Shown piece by piece: positions 10,719 to 20,248 of a DNA stretch of 64,000 nucleotides. A model generated the notes under the pieces. The model searched no databases. It was not told the DNA's origin and saw nothing but the letters and a program-made list of their open reading frames with translations. The position numbers and the translations under genes are program-made. The DNA comes from an uncultured delta proteobacterium (GTDB lineage: Bacteria > Myxococcota_A > Polyangia > Haliangiales > Haliangiaceae): assembly GCA_963848295.1 (NCBI GenBank), contig CAWKDB010000010.1, forward strand, positions 2,528,001 through 2,592,000, given 5' to 3'. Positions within the stretch are counted from its first letter, which is position 1. The number at the start of each line of letters is the position of its first letter.

Positions 10719-11288
10719 TTGAGGCAACCGCTCGAGCAGCGGAATGGTCCAACGATCGTGCGCGCGGCGGTCTTGTTGGTCTTGGTCGGTGTCGCGGCCA
10801 CAGCGCACGCAGACGATCCGACCTCGACCTCCGCGACGGCAACGGCCGAGGATTCAGCGCCGACGCTCGTCGACCCAGGTTTCCACGCGCTCCTCGAAGG
10901 TGTCGGCGCGTCGGAGAGTACGAACGCGAGCTGCCTCGATCTCGGACCACAGTCCCGTGCGTTCGCGCTCGGGTCACGCTGGTCCAACGAGATCGACGCC
11001 AACTCGAGTGGATGGACCGTCGCCGGCGGCGTCACTCGTGAGCTGGGCGAAGGCTTCAAGCTCGCGCTGACCGGCTCGTTCGAGCATCTCGATGGGCGAT
11101 TCGGCGGCCGCTTCTCCCGGGGATCCGCGGTCTCGGTCGGCGCGCGCATCGTTCGCTACTTCCATTGGTCGCGTGGCCGCGTCGCGTGGCTCGAATTTTG
11201 GATCGAGAGCACGATCTGGAACGGCGAGGCGGCGATTGCGCAACCGGCAGGAACGTTCGTCGGCCTGCACATCGGGACGACGTTCTGA
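10719..11288 (+). CDS. Hypothetical exported protein, possible beta-barrel
   Basis: Signal peptide 'AHA'; ends 'LHIGTTF'. Confidence 0.6.
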   Translation: MRQPLEQRNGPTIVRAAVLLVLVGVAATAHADDPTSTSATATAEDSAPTLVDPGFHALLEGVGASESTNASCLDLGPQSRAFALGSRWSNEIDANSSGWTVAGGVTRELGEGFKLALTGSFEHLDGRFGGRFSRGSAVSVGARIVRYFHWSRGRVAWLEFWIESTIWNGEAAIAQPAGTFVGLHIGTTF

Positions 11289-11495
11289 TCGCGCGCCACG
11301 TGCGCGGGCCTGGGCCTGGTGAACCGCAGCGGAGCTCGTCTTCCCTTGCCCCACTTCGCGTACGCCGCCTGCGACGCGGTCAGGTTCAGCTCATTGCAGT
11401 GGAATCCAAGGATGCGGAGGAATCGGCTGAGCCAGTCAGGCCAATCGAGTTCGTCGAAATGTTCTCCGGAATGTTTCTCCGGACGCGCTTGCCGC

Positions 11496-11571
11496 TTGAT
11501 CCTCGGCGGAATTTCGGTACGGTTACCGAGACCTGCGGGATTAACTCAGCGGTAGAGTGTCAGCTTCCCAA
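11496..11571 (+). repeat. att site: duplicate of the tRNA-Gly promoter and 5' half
   Basis: 11535-11571 identical to tRNA 18256-18292 through the anticodon loop; TTCGGTACGGTTAC also shared upstream (11513-11526 and 18234-18247). Confidence 0.9.
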
Positions 11572-11734
11572 AGGGCGGACAGCTAAAATCACCGTCGAGA
11601 ACTTCGCGATTACGGGGACATAACGTCTGAGGGCGTCTCGGACCGTCGAGCCCCGTAACGCAAAGTGGTGATGCAAGTGGTTATCGTTTTCGGCGGTACT
11701 GGATCGCATCCGCGAGGCCGGGAAGCTGCGTGGA

Positions 11735-12415
11735 TCAGTGCTCCTTGAGCGCGCAGCACTTCTTGAACTTGAGTCCGCTCCCACAGGGACAGGGCTCGTT
11801 GCGTCCGACCTTGTGCGAACGCGATGCGATCGGCGCGGCGACGGTCTTGCGCCGCCACGCGGTCCAGTACTGGTTCGCCTCACGCACGGTGGCGTTCAAC
11901 AGCTCCCGGCATCGCCGAAGTTGGGGCGTCGGATCCTCGATGACCTTACCGTCGGAGTCTTCGTGGCCGACGAGATCGGCCTCGCCTGACAGCACGGCCA
12001 TCGGAAAGAGAAACACGGCGCCGCGCTCGTCCTCGTTCCAGACGTCGTCCATGCGCGCGGCCTTGAGGTAGCCCGCGCACCAGAGACCAACGGCATCGTC
12101 GTCAGGACCGGACGGAGCGATCTGCTCGCCCTCGTTGAGGTCGGTGAGGATCTGATTGTAGAGGCGCATCGCGAGCCCCATCAAGCGCCTCGCCTGCTCC
12201 ATCGACGAGAAGCCGCGTTCACCGAAGATCTCCAGCTGCCAGACGCTCGGCATCATCGTGGTTGGCGCCGATGCGATCGCGGTCAGGAACCCCTGCGCTT
12301 CCGAGAGCTGCATCGCCCCGGGCGCGGTCGCGAGGTACTCGCTCAGGTCCTCGCGTTCAGCGCGGTCGAGGGGCCGCTGTAGTTCCCGGTTCTGCATGGG
12401 CGCGTAGCCTTGCAT
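11735..12415 (-). CDS. UPF0149/YecA family protein with SEC-C motif
   Basis: 'GFLTAIASAP', 'WCAGY', C-terminal 'KVGRNEPCPCGSGLKFKKCC'. Confidence 0.9.
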   Translation of the reverse strand: MQGYAPMQNRELQRPLDRAEREDLSEYLATAPGAMQLSEAQGFLTAIASAPTTMMPSVWQLEIFGERGFSSMEQARRLMGLAMRLYNQILTDLNEGEQIAPSGPDDDAVGLWCAGYLKAARMDDVWNEDERGAVFLFPMAVLSGEADLVGHEDSDGKVIEDPTPQLRRCRELLNATVREANQYWTAWRRKTVAAPIASRSHKVGRNEPCPCGSGLKFKKCCALKEH

Positions 12416-12447
12416 CGATCGATCGACGGCGGCAACGTGGAGCGGCG

Positions 12448-12801
12448 ATGGCCACGGGTAACCGCGCAGATCTGGACTCCGAGTGGCGGCGTAAGGGCGC
12501 CACGCTCAGCGACAAGACGGCGCGAAAGGAGTTCGGGCTGACGCAGGACGAGATCGTCGCCGCGATCCGCGCGGGCAAGCTCCAGTACCGTAACGGCGCG
12601 ATGCACGGGAACCCGTTCTTGCGACTGCTTCGACACGAGGTCGAGGCACTGGTCAAGAAGCAGCACGGCGACGACTACCTGAAGAACCAGCAGACGAAGA
12701 CGGAGATCGCGCGCATCGATCGCGAGCTGAAACGGTTGAAGGCCGAGGTCTCGGCGCTCGAAGAGCGCAGGTCGCAGTTGATCGCGGAGTCTCGGATATG
12801 A
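12448..12801 (+). CDS. Hypothetical DNA-binding-like protein with coiled-coil tail
   Basis: ATG at 12448 with SD; 'TARKEFGLTQDEI' followed by a coiled coil. Confidence 0.75.
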   Translation: MATGNRADLDSEWRRKGATLSDKTARKEFGLTQDEIVAAIRAGKLQYRNGAMHGNPFLRLLRHEVEALVKKQHGDDYLKNQQTKTEIARIDRELKRLKAEVSALEERRSQLIAESRI

Positions 12802-14450
12802 TGGGTTCGGCCTTGTCGCTATGTCTCACGTCGAACGATGTGTTCGCGGTTCTGCCAGATCCACTCGCAGTGAAAATGGCCTGGCTCCATGCCGAATGGG
12901 AATCGAGCAATCCGATTTTCAAACAGCTTATCCAAGCTGCGTTCCCCGGTAGCGAGCGAGATCTGCTGCTGAAGAAGTTCATTACCGTCGACACCGCGTT
13001 GAGAAGACGGGTCGACGTAACGTTTGAGAATGTACGTGGTCGTTTTTCGTTTTGGAAACCACGACGCGAACACGGATGTTGGCACAGCGTTCAGCTACAG
13101 CGCTTAGAACTGAATTGGGTTGCGGCGCACGTTGACGTTCTCTGGGGTACGAACGAGGTCTCGACGATCGAAGAACTGTGAGCGTGGGGGAGGCGGGGAG
13201 CGGGCGGAGACGGGGAGAGGGGCGCGGTGATGCAGGGGCGTGTTTGATGATGTCGGCATATCGCGCGTGTTTGCGCGGTGTGAACGCGCGAGCTACACGC
13301 GCGCAGAAGCGAAGGCACGGCGCACGGCGGCACGGCGGCTGCGCCGGAGAGGAGAGCGCGCAGTGCTGCGTGCTGACAGCGATGTAGGAAGGCGCTGCGC
13401 AGGTTACGCGAAGCTGCTGAAGACGGCGAGTACTGTGCTGACGCGCCGATGTACGCGTTTGATGACGCCAGCAGGTGCGTGAACGCGCGCGCAGCGCGGC
13501 ACGAGTACGTCAGCCCAGCTGTCGCGACGCCGAAAGGTGTGGAGTGGGACACGACAGCTGCTGGCGGCGAAGGGCCGTACTACCGCTGTACGTCATCTCG
13601 ACTCTTCAGCCGCTACGTCGTCGGCTGGCAGATGGCAAGAGCGAGTGGTGAAGGCGCAGCGCCTCATCGCGGCGTGCTGCGAGCAGCAGCGGGTGGTGCG
13701 CGGTCAGCTCACAGTGCACGCGGACGCGGCTCGCTGATGATCGCGAAATCGACGCGCAGCTCTACGTCGACCTCGGCATCGCACAGAGCCACAGCCGACC
13801 GCACGTCTCGAACGACAACCCGTACTCCGAGGCGGGCTTCAAGACCATCAAGTACTGACAGGAGATGCCGGAGCGCTTTGGCTCCATCGAGCACGCGCGG
13901 GCTGTCATGGCTCCGCTCCTCGGCTGGTACAACACGGCGCACTACCACACCGGGCTCGCGCTGCTCACGCCGGCCGATGTCCCCATGTGCGCGCCCGCCA
14001 TCGTCGCCGCGCGGCAGCTCGTGCTCGACGCGCGCACCTCCGTCACCTCGAAGAAGCGCACCATGTCGGCTCCTCAACCAGAAGAGCATTCACCTGCTAC
14101 GAGGACCATTCCGTACATGGGAGACGAGAAGCTCGCGACCGGCTCATGAAATCGTTCGACCACATCGTTCGGCAGCAGGAAATTTTCCGCGCTGTGTTCG
14201 GGCTGATGTGAGGGAGATATCTCAGGTACGAACGAGGGTCTCGACGATCGAAGAACTCCGCGGCGTTGTCTTGTGGTTCGACCCGAACAACGAAGGCGAA
14301 CTTCCACCGGGGCCATCTTCACCGCTGCGTAACCCGAACGGCCCGTTCAAACTGATCGAGGGCAATCACCGAGTGAGCGCATGGATGAATCGAGGGCTGC
14401 CGGAATTTCTGCCTGTATCGCTGTACATCGGATGTGATCAGCATCGGGAT
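12798..14450 (+). pseudogene. Interrupted ParB/Srx-like gene (5' part 12798-13177, 3' part from ~14258)
   Basis: 'STIEEL' encoded twice by a ~32 bp repeat; downstream part has 'FKLIEGNHRVSAW'. Confidence 0.55.
13178..14075 (+). pseudogene. Heavily frameshifted IS3-family transposase (rve core)
   Basis: Fragments 'FSRYVVGW', 'LTVHAD', 'SHSRPHVSNDNPYSEAGFKTIKY', 'MPERFGSIEHAR...WYN...HTGLALLTPADV' in different frames. Confidence 0.8.
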
Positions 14451-14525
14451 GTCGAGTTGCGTTCCTGGATCGGACCAGTCACGGGGGTTCAGGTCGCAGT
14501 TGCGGCGACGACCTCGTTGAGCAAT

Positions 14526-14744
14526 TTACCTGGGATTGAAAGAGGCATGGACGACGTTCCCGGTCGAGTCATCTATCACGACGCGAACGTTACAACCCCT
14601 CATTTCGTAGTTGGAAGAGACCTCCCATCGCGCGCTTCGCCCAAACCATCTGCGATTCAAATGGATGTGGATCGTCCCGATCCATGTCCAGTTGTTGTTG
14701 TGCGCAATAGTCATCGCACGTAACAAAGCCTCATCTTCGGTCAC
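14526..14744 (-). CDS. Small protein, candidate immunity protein
   Basis: Low GC; overlaps the stop of the upstream HExxH ORF. Confidence 0.55.
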   Translation of the reverse strand: MTEDEALLRAMTIAHNNNWTWIGTIHIHLNRRWFGRSARWEVSSNYEMRGCNVRVVIDDSTGNVVHASFNPR

Positions 14745-15232
14745 TTGTCGTTAGCCTTCGTTCCAGACACTCTGCCGGACGCCTTGTATGCGCCATAGAC
14801 GATGGCCCCATACACTAGTGAGCCAATTGTGGCTTCGACCGCCAAACGCCTCAAGCCAACGTAGCCCTCAACGATCGGAAACCGCACTCCTCGCACGAGG
14901 AAACTAGCACTGAAGCCGTCAACCTTCACTCGTGAAATAGTCTCGGCAAGCGCTTCTTCTGTGTACTTAAGCAGTGCTGAGTTGTTGTAGCCGGCCCAGG
15001 CCCCGTCGGCTCGAAGCTCGCGAAGAAATAGGGTTTTGGGAGAGAGTCCAGAATGTACGCGTTCGTGTTCCAAAGCGAGTGCCTGGTCTCTTGGACTGCC
15101 GTGAGGGGAAACCTCGATGTTGCCATATTTGTCGGTTCGGCCCTCGCCAGCTTGCAGCGCGCTGTTGGTCGTCACGCTTGGGGTGAAACGTCGGGCGCGC
15201 ACGTCCGCAGCAGAGTCACTCCCAGCGCTCAC
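14741..15232 (-). CDS. HExxH metallopeptidase-like polymorphic toxin tip (orphan)
   Basis: 'LEHERVH' with downstream 'EEALAE'; low GC; no delivery domain. Confidence 0.55.
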   Translation of the reverse strand: MSAGSDSAADVRARRFTPSVTTNSALQAGEGRTDKYGNIEVSPHGSPRDQALALEHERVHSGLSPKTLFLRELRADGAWAGYNNSALLKYTEEALAETISRVKVDGFSASFLVRGVRFPIVEGYVGLRRLAVEATIGSLVYGAIVYGAYKASGRVSGTKANDK

Positions 15233-15241
15233 CGCCTTGAT

Positions 15242-15487
15242 TCAACCTAAGAACGCCGTGGCGCCCATTTCGAAGCTGAGATTCGCGATCTCATTCACCA
15301 GCCGATTTAGGCGCTCGATATCGTACCTGGAAGTGGGAAGTCGTTCGGTCATCCACGACCGGAGTTGACCGAGGTCTGACAAGACAAGGTTCCGATTCGT
15401 CGACGTGATGTCGATGCCTGTCTCCATGAGTTCGATCCATTGCAAACGGAGTGCTGTGATGCCAGGTAGCCAACTCGGATCGGACAC
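15242..15487 (-). CDS. Hypothetical protein, possibly a 5'-truncated immunity protein
   Basis: Low GC, helical, directly upstream of the toxin-like ORF. Confidence 0.45.
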   Translation of the reverse strand: MSDPSWLPGITALRLQWIELMETGIDITSTNRNLVLSDLGQLRSWMTERLPTSRYDIERLNRLVNEIANLSFEMGATAFLG

Positions 15488-15858
15488 GAGCGATAGGTGA
15501 ACGGCATCGTGGAGAAGTCGCTGATGTTCTCGGTGACGACGACTTGTGCGCCAGCCTTCACGGCAGCGGCAGCGACATGCCGATCCTTGGGATCGTTCCG
15601 CATGGCCGCGACGAGATGCTCGTAGTCCGTGACGATCGCCTCGGGAAACGCGCCCGACATCATCGCGATGAGATGCGTTGCCTGTGGCTCCGTGATCTGG
15701 AGATTCGCGATGAGGTTGCGTGTCGCCTCATCGAGGATCTCCTTCGACCAGTAGGCCTGGTAGAGCCCCTCCGCCGCCGCTTGCAGCAAAACGTCCCGCA
15801 GATGCATGGGATAGAGGACGCATGCATCCAGGACGACCCTGAACGGGGCGGAGAGCAT
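15349..15858 (-). CDS. PIN-domain toxin (PIN_3/VapC-like), native C-terminus probably lost after ~15510
   Basis: 'VVLDACVL', 'ILDE', 'DPKDRHVAAAA', 'VTENISDF'. Confidence 0.85.
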   Translation of the reverse strand: MLSAPFRVVLDACVLYPMHLRDVLLQAAAEGLYQAYWSKEILDEATRNLIANLQITEPQATHLIAMMSGAFPEAIVTDYEHLVAAMRNDPKDRHVAAAAVKAGAQVVVTENISDFSTMPFTYRSCPIRVGYLASQHSVCNGSNSWRQASTSRRRIGTLSCQTSVNSGRG

Positions 15859-15864
15859 CGACGG

Positions 15865-16410
15865 CTACTTGCGGCTCTTGGGCTCGTCGTAACCGCCGAG
15901 TTCCTCGGTGAGCCTCGCCAGCTCATCCAACTTCTCGTCGCGCTCGCGATCTCGCTTCTGCTTGTACGCGAGAACGTCCTCGATCTTCAGCCGCCGGTGC
16001 TTGCCCGTTCGATCGTACGGGAGCTTTCCATCGTCGAGCAGACGGACGAGATACTGACGAGACACGTTCAGCAGATCTGCCGCCTGTTGGGTTGTCATCA
16101 CCGCGCCCACCGGAACGATCGTGAGCGCGTCGCCACGTGCAAGCACTTCGGCGATGCGCGCGAGCCCGTACACGACAGCCTGGGGAATGCGATGTCGCTC
16201 CCCACCGGGACCGATCAGATCGTAGTGCGTGTCGCGCGCCGTCGAGGGTGCGTGAAGCGCCGTCGACAGCTCGGCGATTTCGGCCTGATCCTCGCGTGGT
16301 GCTCGGACGGGCTCGAGGCGCCGGATTCGCTCTGGTGTCACTGCCAGCCACCATCTCCGTTCTCCTTCTCTGAATTCAATGTATGGCGAAATCGACCCAA
16401 ACGCAACCAA
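15865..16410 (-). CDS. Excisionase-type HTH (HTH_17) antitoxin
   Basis: 'MTTQQAADLLNVSRQYLVRLLDDGKLP...GKHRRL'; start uncertain; upstream of the PIN gene. Confidence 0.88.
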   Translation of the reverse strand: MVAFGSISPYIEFREGERRWWLAVTPERIRRLEPVRAPREDQAEIAELSTALHAPSTARDTHYDLIGPGGERHRIPQAVVYGLARIAEVLARGDALTIVPVGAVMTTQQAADLLNVSRQYLVRLLDDGKLPYDRTGKHRRLKIEDVLAYKQKRDRERDEKLDELARLTEELGGYDEPKSRK

Positions 16411-16526
16411 TATGAAGCGTTGGGATATCAGCGGCTTGAGCGAGAAGTGGGTGGGGATCGGCCCGGAATCAGCAGCTTTCGTAGGCGCCGGTCAGAAACG
16501 TCGGACGAGCATGTTGCAGTGAGGGC

Positions 16527-16901
16527 ATGTCGACGGAATTGGCGTGGGGCTTCGCAATCGAACAACTGTACCGCGCGATCGGGATCACCGACCTGATCTC
16601 GGAAGCCGAGCTGAGCGCAGGGATGCACCAACTCGAGGCCGCGCTCGTCACAATTGCGTTCGAGGTGAACCTTGCAAGGGCTCGAGGGATCCCGCTTCGA
16701 GAGGCGGTTCGAGACGAGATCGGCTACCCGCATCTTCACCGCGCCCACGCCTCGATCAGCGACATCCTCGAAATGTCGGTGCCGCTCGAGGTCGAGGCTT
16801 GGGTCCGTCGCGTCCATGCGATGCCGATGCCGCTTCTGGTAGATGAGCTGCGCACGAGCTTGGCGCGTGCGGCCGTCGGATGCGCGTCACCGGATGCGTA
16901 G
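16527..16901 (+). CDS. Hypothetical protein
   Basis: Helical protein-like ORF whose end abuts the IS21 end. Confidence 0.5.
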   Translation: MSTELAWGFAIEQLYRAIGITDLISEAELSAGMHQLEAALVTIAFEVNLARARGIPLREAVRDEIGYPHLHRAHASISDILEMSVPLEVEAWVRRVHAMPMPLLVDELRTSLARAAVGCASPDA

Positions 16902-17335
16902 TTCACTCATCGCGATCACCGAAACCGGCGCATCGTGATCGCCGAAAACGGACGATGGCGATCGCGGGGCGTGGAGACGGTGCTCGTGGTTTTACTTCTC
17001 GGTCTCGGCCTCCTCGCCCTTTCGCTTCGACGGTCCCCTTAGCACGAGCTTGTGCGCGTTGTGGATCAAGCGGTCGCAGATAGCGTCTGCGTGGGTGGGG
17101 TCGGCGATGTGTTTGTGCCACTTTTCCGGCGGCACCTGGCTCGTCACGATCGTCGAGCGGGTGCCGTAGCGATCCTCGAGGACCTCGAGGAGGTCACGCC
17201 GCTCTGTGGTGCCATCGCCCAGTCGTCGAGGACGAGCACGTCAGCGCGGGCGAAGCGCGTCAGCAGCCGGGCGTAGGTGCCGTCGGCGCGGGCGAGCGCG
17301 AGCTCCGAGAAGAGCCGCGAGCCGCGACGGTACGC
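16895..17335 (-). mobile_element. istB: IS21-family remnant: terminal repeat region plus 3' part of istB
   Basis: Minus-strand '[21 protein letters not shown]', '[24 protein letters not shown]...[13 protein letters not shown]'; TGCG...ATCGCGATCACC/ATCGTGATCGCC repeats at 16895-16965. Confidence 0.85.
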
Positions 17336-17339
17336 GTGG

Positions 17340-17781
17340 GATCATCATGATCTGGCCGTCCGACCTCGACGCAGATGGCGACGACGAGCCTTGGGAGCCG
17401 AAAAACCGTCGACCGCGAGAGGTTCCGATCTCGGACGCGTTGCTACCTTGGCTCAGCGGCAATCGCGCGTCGCCGGTTTGGGTGTTCCCGGCGTTGCGCA
17501 CCGGCAAACGTTTCGCCGTTTGGCCAGAGAACCAGTTCCAGCGCGTACAACGGAGCGCAGGTTTGAAGGGTGGCGCGCACACGCTGCGGCACACCTACGC
17601 GTCCTATTTCTTGCAAACGAAAAGCCTCGCGGCGCTCGCTGGCGTGCTCGGCCACAGCCACACGCGCGTCACGGAGCTGTATGCGCATTTGCTACCAGAC
17701 CATCTAGAGGGCGCTCGCAACGCCGTGTCGTTCGCGCCCAGCGTCGACGCGAGGGCTATGGATACGAGAAAACCGCGTTAG
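17340..17781 (+). pseudogene. Tyrosine integrase C-terminal fragment 1
   Basis: 'HTLRHTYAS', 'LGHS...TELYAH'; N-terminus missing at the IS21 junction. Confidence 0.85.
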
Positions 17782-17853
17782 GGATGACAACCTCTACGCG
17801 AGCATCGCGAACGACTGGAAGAGGAGAATGCACCCGGCTACGAACTCGGTTGG

Positions 17854-18231
17854 ATGTTCCCGTCAGAAGCGGGGTCGCTGCGCACGCCGAACAGCATGGA
17901 CAGGGCATGGGCGAGGTGCTTGGAGACCGCCAACGTGAAGCGACGCTTCACGCTACACGGCCTTCGGTACACCTTCACCGACCTCATCCGGTTGTCGAAG
18001 GCGGACGCGGTGGTGCGGCGCGCCCTCACCGGGCACGTCACGCAGGAGATGCAGGACCACTACTCGAACGTCGGCACCGAGGAGAAGCGCGCGGCGATCG
18101 CCGGCGCCCTCAAGCTACTCGCCACCGCCAAGGAGGCAAAGAATGACGAGCAGGGTGAGAACCGTCGGGAAAGTGTGAACTCGGGTGTGAACGAGGCATC
18201 CGAGCGTACGGAGCGCTTGACGGGCTCCTGA
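17854..18231 (+). pseudogene. Tyrosine integrase C-terminal fragment 2
   Basis: 'HGLRYTF', 'TGH...MQDHY'; adjacent to the tRNA. Confidence 0.8.
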
Positions 18232-18244
18232 GATTCGGTACGGT
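18217..18244 (+). promoter_or_regulatory. sigma70-type promoter of tRNA-Gly
   Basis: TTGACG-N16-TACGGT; same spacing as TTGATC-N16-TACGGT at 11496-11523. Confidence 0.6.
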
Positions 18245-18255
18245 TACGCAGCTCT

Positions 18256-18327
18256 GCGGGATTAACTCAGCGGTAGAGTGTCAGCTTCCCAAGCTGAAGG
18301 TCGCCAGTTCGAATCTGGTATCCCGCT
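18256..18327 (+). tRNA. tRNA-Gly (anticodon CCC), CCA not encoded
   Basis: Acceptor stem GCGGGAT/ATCCCGC, anticodon arm TCAGC-TTCCCAA-GCTGA, GTTCGAA T-loop. Confidence 0.97.
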
Positions 18328-18584
18328 CGACTACTTACGAGGGATGAGGCGCTCAAGTGAGCTCTCGTTCCCACCTTCACTCCCACCCGCACCGATCGAA
18401 AGACGCCGTGAGAGGCTTCGAGGTGGGAGCGAAGCCTCACGTGTCACCTGCGCGCAGCGCGTCGTCACAGGAGCTGCGCGAGACGCCAGGAGCTGTCGCT
18501 GGCTCACTTCGCGCGGCCGGAATAGTTTCGGACTTGAAGACGAGTTTCGGACCGGTCCAACCGCGACGCACTCTAAGGTGCACC

Positions 18585-19463
18585 ATGAAAATCGGTATCG
18601 CGCTGGTGTTGCTCGCGGCATGTGGCACGTCGGCAAAGCCCGCCGTCGATGAGGAGGTGCCGCCGAGGCTCGCGCACAAGCTGGCGACGATCGAACAGGC
18701 GCTCGCCGGCGGTCACAGCGTCGAGCTCGAGTGCATGTCGGCCGACTTCATCCTCGAGAACGGCGCGCCGAAACAGTTCGCCGATAAGCTAACAACGCTG
18801 TGCTTCGTCGAAGCGCCCAAGCGTTCGCTGCGTGTCGCGATCGCGAACGCGAAAGAGATGAAGGAGGCCTACGCGAGGCCGTACATGCAAGCGATGGCGC
18901 ACCACGAACCGGGAGACGAGTGTGTCTACGGCGCGGGCGAAGAAGCGTTACGTAAAGTCGCAGCCCACCCGAGCCACGATCGAGAGCTCGACAGCCTGGT
19001 CGCAGAATTCACGGCGCTGTGTCCGAAGCAGGCCGCGTTGGCCCATCAACCCGAGCAGCAGGCCGCGTCGAAGACGCCCGAGGAGATCGTGCTCGAGGCT
19101 CACATCGGAAACGGCGAGAGCATGGCCGCCGCGGGCAATGCGCTCGGCGTGTTCAGCGAGTGTGGGTTGATGCAGGTCGACGCGCCATCGTTACCCGCCA
19201 ACCTCGTCGCCCGTGCGCATCAACTATGCGGTGTTACAGGCCCCGAGCTGGTGCTGACCGCCGCCGTCGCCGACGCTGAAAAATATCGCGCGAAGCTCCG
19301 CGAACGCGCCGACCTATATTGCCAGATGGAGCCGATCGGCCCCGCCTTCGCGCAGATCGCTCGACACGCTAGCGACGATCGCAAGCTCAAGAGCCTCGTC
19401 GAGCACTACGCGAAGCTATGCCCGAAGTACGCCGCGCAAGCACGGCGCTCCGGCGCGTCTTGA
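18585..19463 (+). CDS. Lipoprotein with an internally duplicated Cys-containing domain
   Basis: Lipobox 'LAAC'; halves end 'LVAEFTALCPKQAA' and 'LVEHYAKLCPKYAA'. Confidence 0.75.
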   Translation: MKIGIALVLLAACGTSAKPAVDEEVPPRLAHKLATIEQALAGGHSVELECMSADFILENGAPKQFADKLTTLCFVEAPKRSLRVAIANAKEMKEAYARPYMQAMAHHEPGDECVYGAGEEALRKVAAHPSHDRELDSLVAEFTALCPKQAALAHQPEQQAASKTPEEIVLEAHIGNGESMAAAGNALGVFSECGLMQVDAPSLPANLVARAHQLCGVTGPELVLTAAVADAEKYRAKLRERADLYCQMEPIGPAFAQIARHASDDRKLKSLVEHYAKLCPKYAAQARRSGAS

Positions 19464-19479
19464 ACACGCGCAGACATTT

Positions 19480-19857
19480 GTGGCCGACGTCATGCGGATC
19501 GCCGGAGGCAAAGGGGCGCGTGTCGTCTTCGATGCCGTCGGAGGCCCACAGGTGAAGAGGCTGATCGGCGATCACATCGATGCCTGCGACGAGATCGCTC
19601 CGCGGGGCGGCGACAGGTCCGGCCTCGCCGTCGCGCCCGAGCCGAATGACGCGACGGAACCGATCGACGAGCTACGCGCGCTGGTCACTCGGTACGCGAA
19701 GGTTACGAGAACGCCTACTGATTCGTTCCTTCATCACCTCAGGTTCCCAGTCGCGCCGCAGCGGGATCGTTTTGCTCGATGCGATCTTTCTCGGCCGGCG
19801 ATCATCTCGGGGGTGACGAACGCTGCGAACAAGGTGCTGACGACGCGCTCGCGCTAA
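19480..19857 (+). pseudogene. Chimeric remnant (MDR oxidoreductase fragment plus other sequence)
   Basis: 'GGKGARVVFDAVGGP' is an MDR-family segment without the rest of the enzyme. Confidence 0.45.
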
Positions 19858-20248
19858 CCCCCGAGGAGCGGATGGACCTCGCGGCCGAGTTGCTACTCGG
19901 CGCTCACTCGTGATGCGCTCGAAGTCGCGGTAGGCGTCGCGTCGGCTTCTCGGAGAGAAGCGGAGCAGGATCCTCGGTCTTGAGCCGCGTGAAGCTACGC
20001 CGCACGATAGGCTCGGAAACGCGTGCCTCCAGCGCTTCCTCGAGCCTCTGGAGATCCGGGTCGGCGGTCATCGTCACCAGTTTCGCCGAGGCCGGTCGCT
20101 CCGGTGGTTACCATTGGGGTAGCGATCCACCGATGCTCGCGTCGGTCGCCTTACTCCCGAAGGCAGATGCGGTCATCCGGGACGAGCGTTCCCGACATTG
20201 GGCGACGTGCCGTCAAGCGCCCGACCGACGCGCCGGGCGGATAGGTGA

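Larger units (their letters stand above)
11572..18255. mobile_element. Decayed genomic island integrated in tRNA-Gly(CCC)
   Basis: Flanked by the tRNA direct repeat; contains integrase fragments, IS remnants, a TA pair and lower-GC cargo. Confidence 0.85.

Noticed and set aside
11535..11571. Second tRNA-Gly gene
   Set aside because: Identity stops in the anticodon loop; no T-arm or 3' acceptor strand
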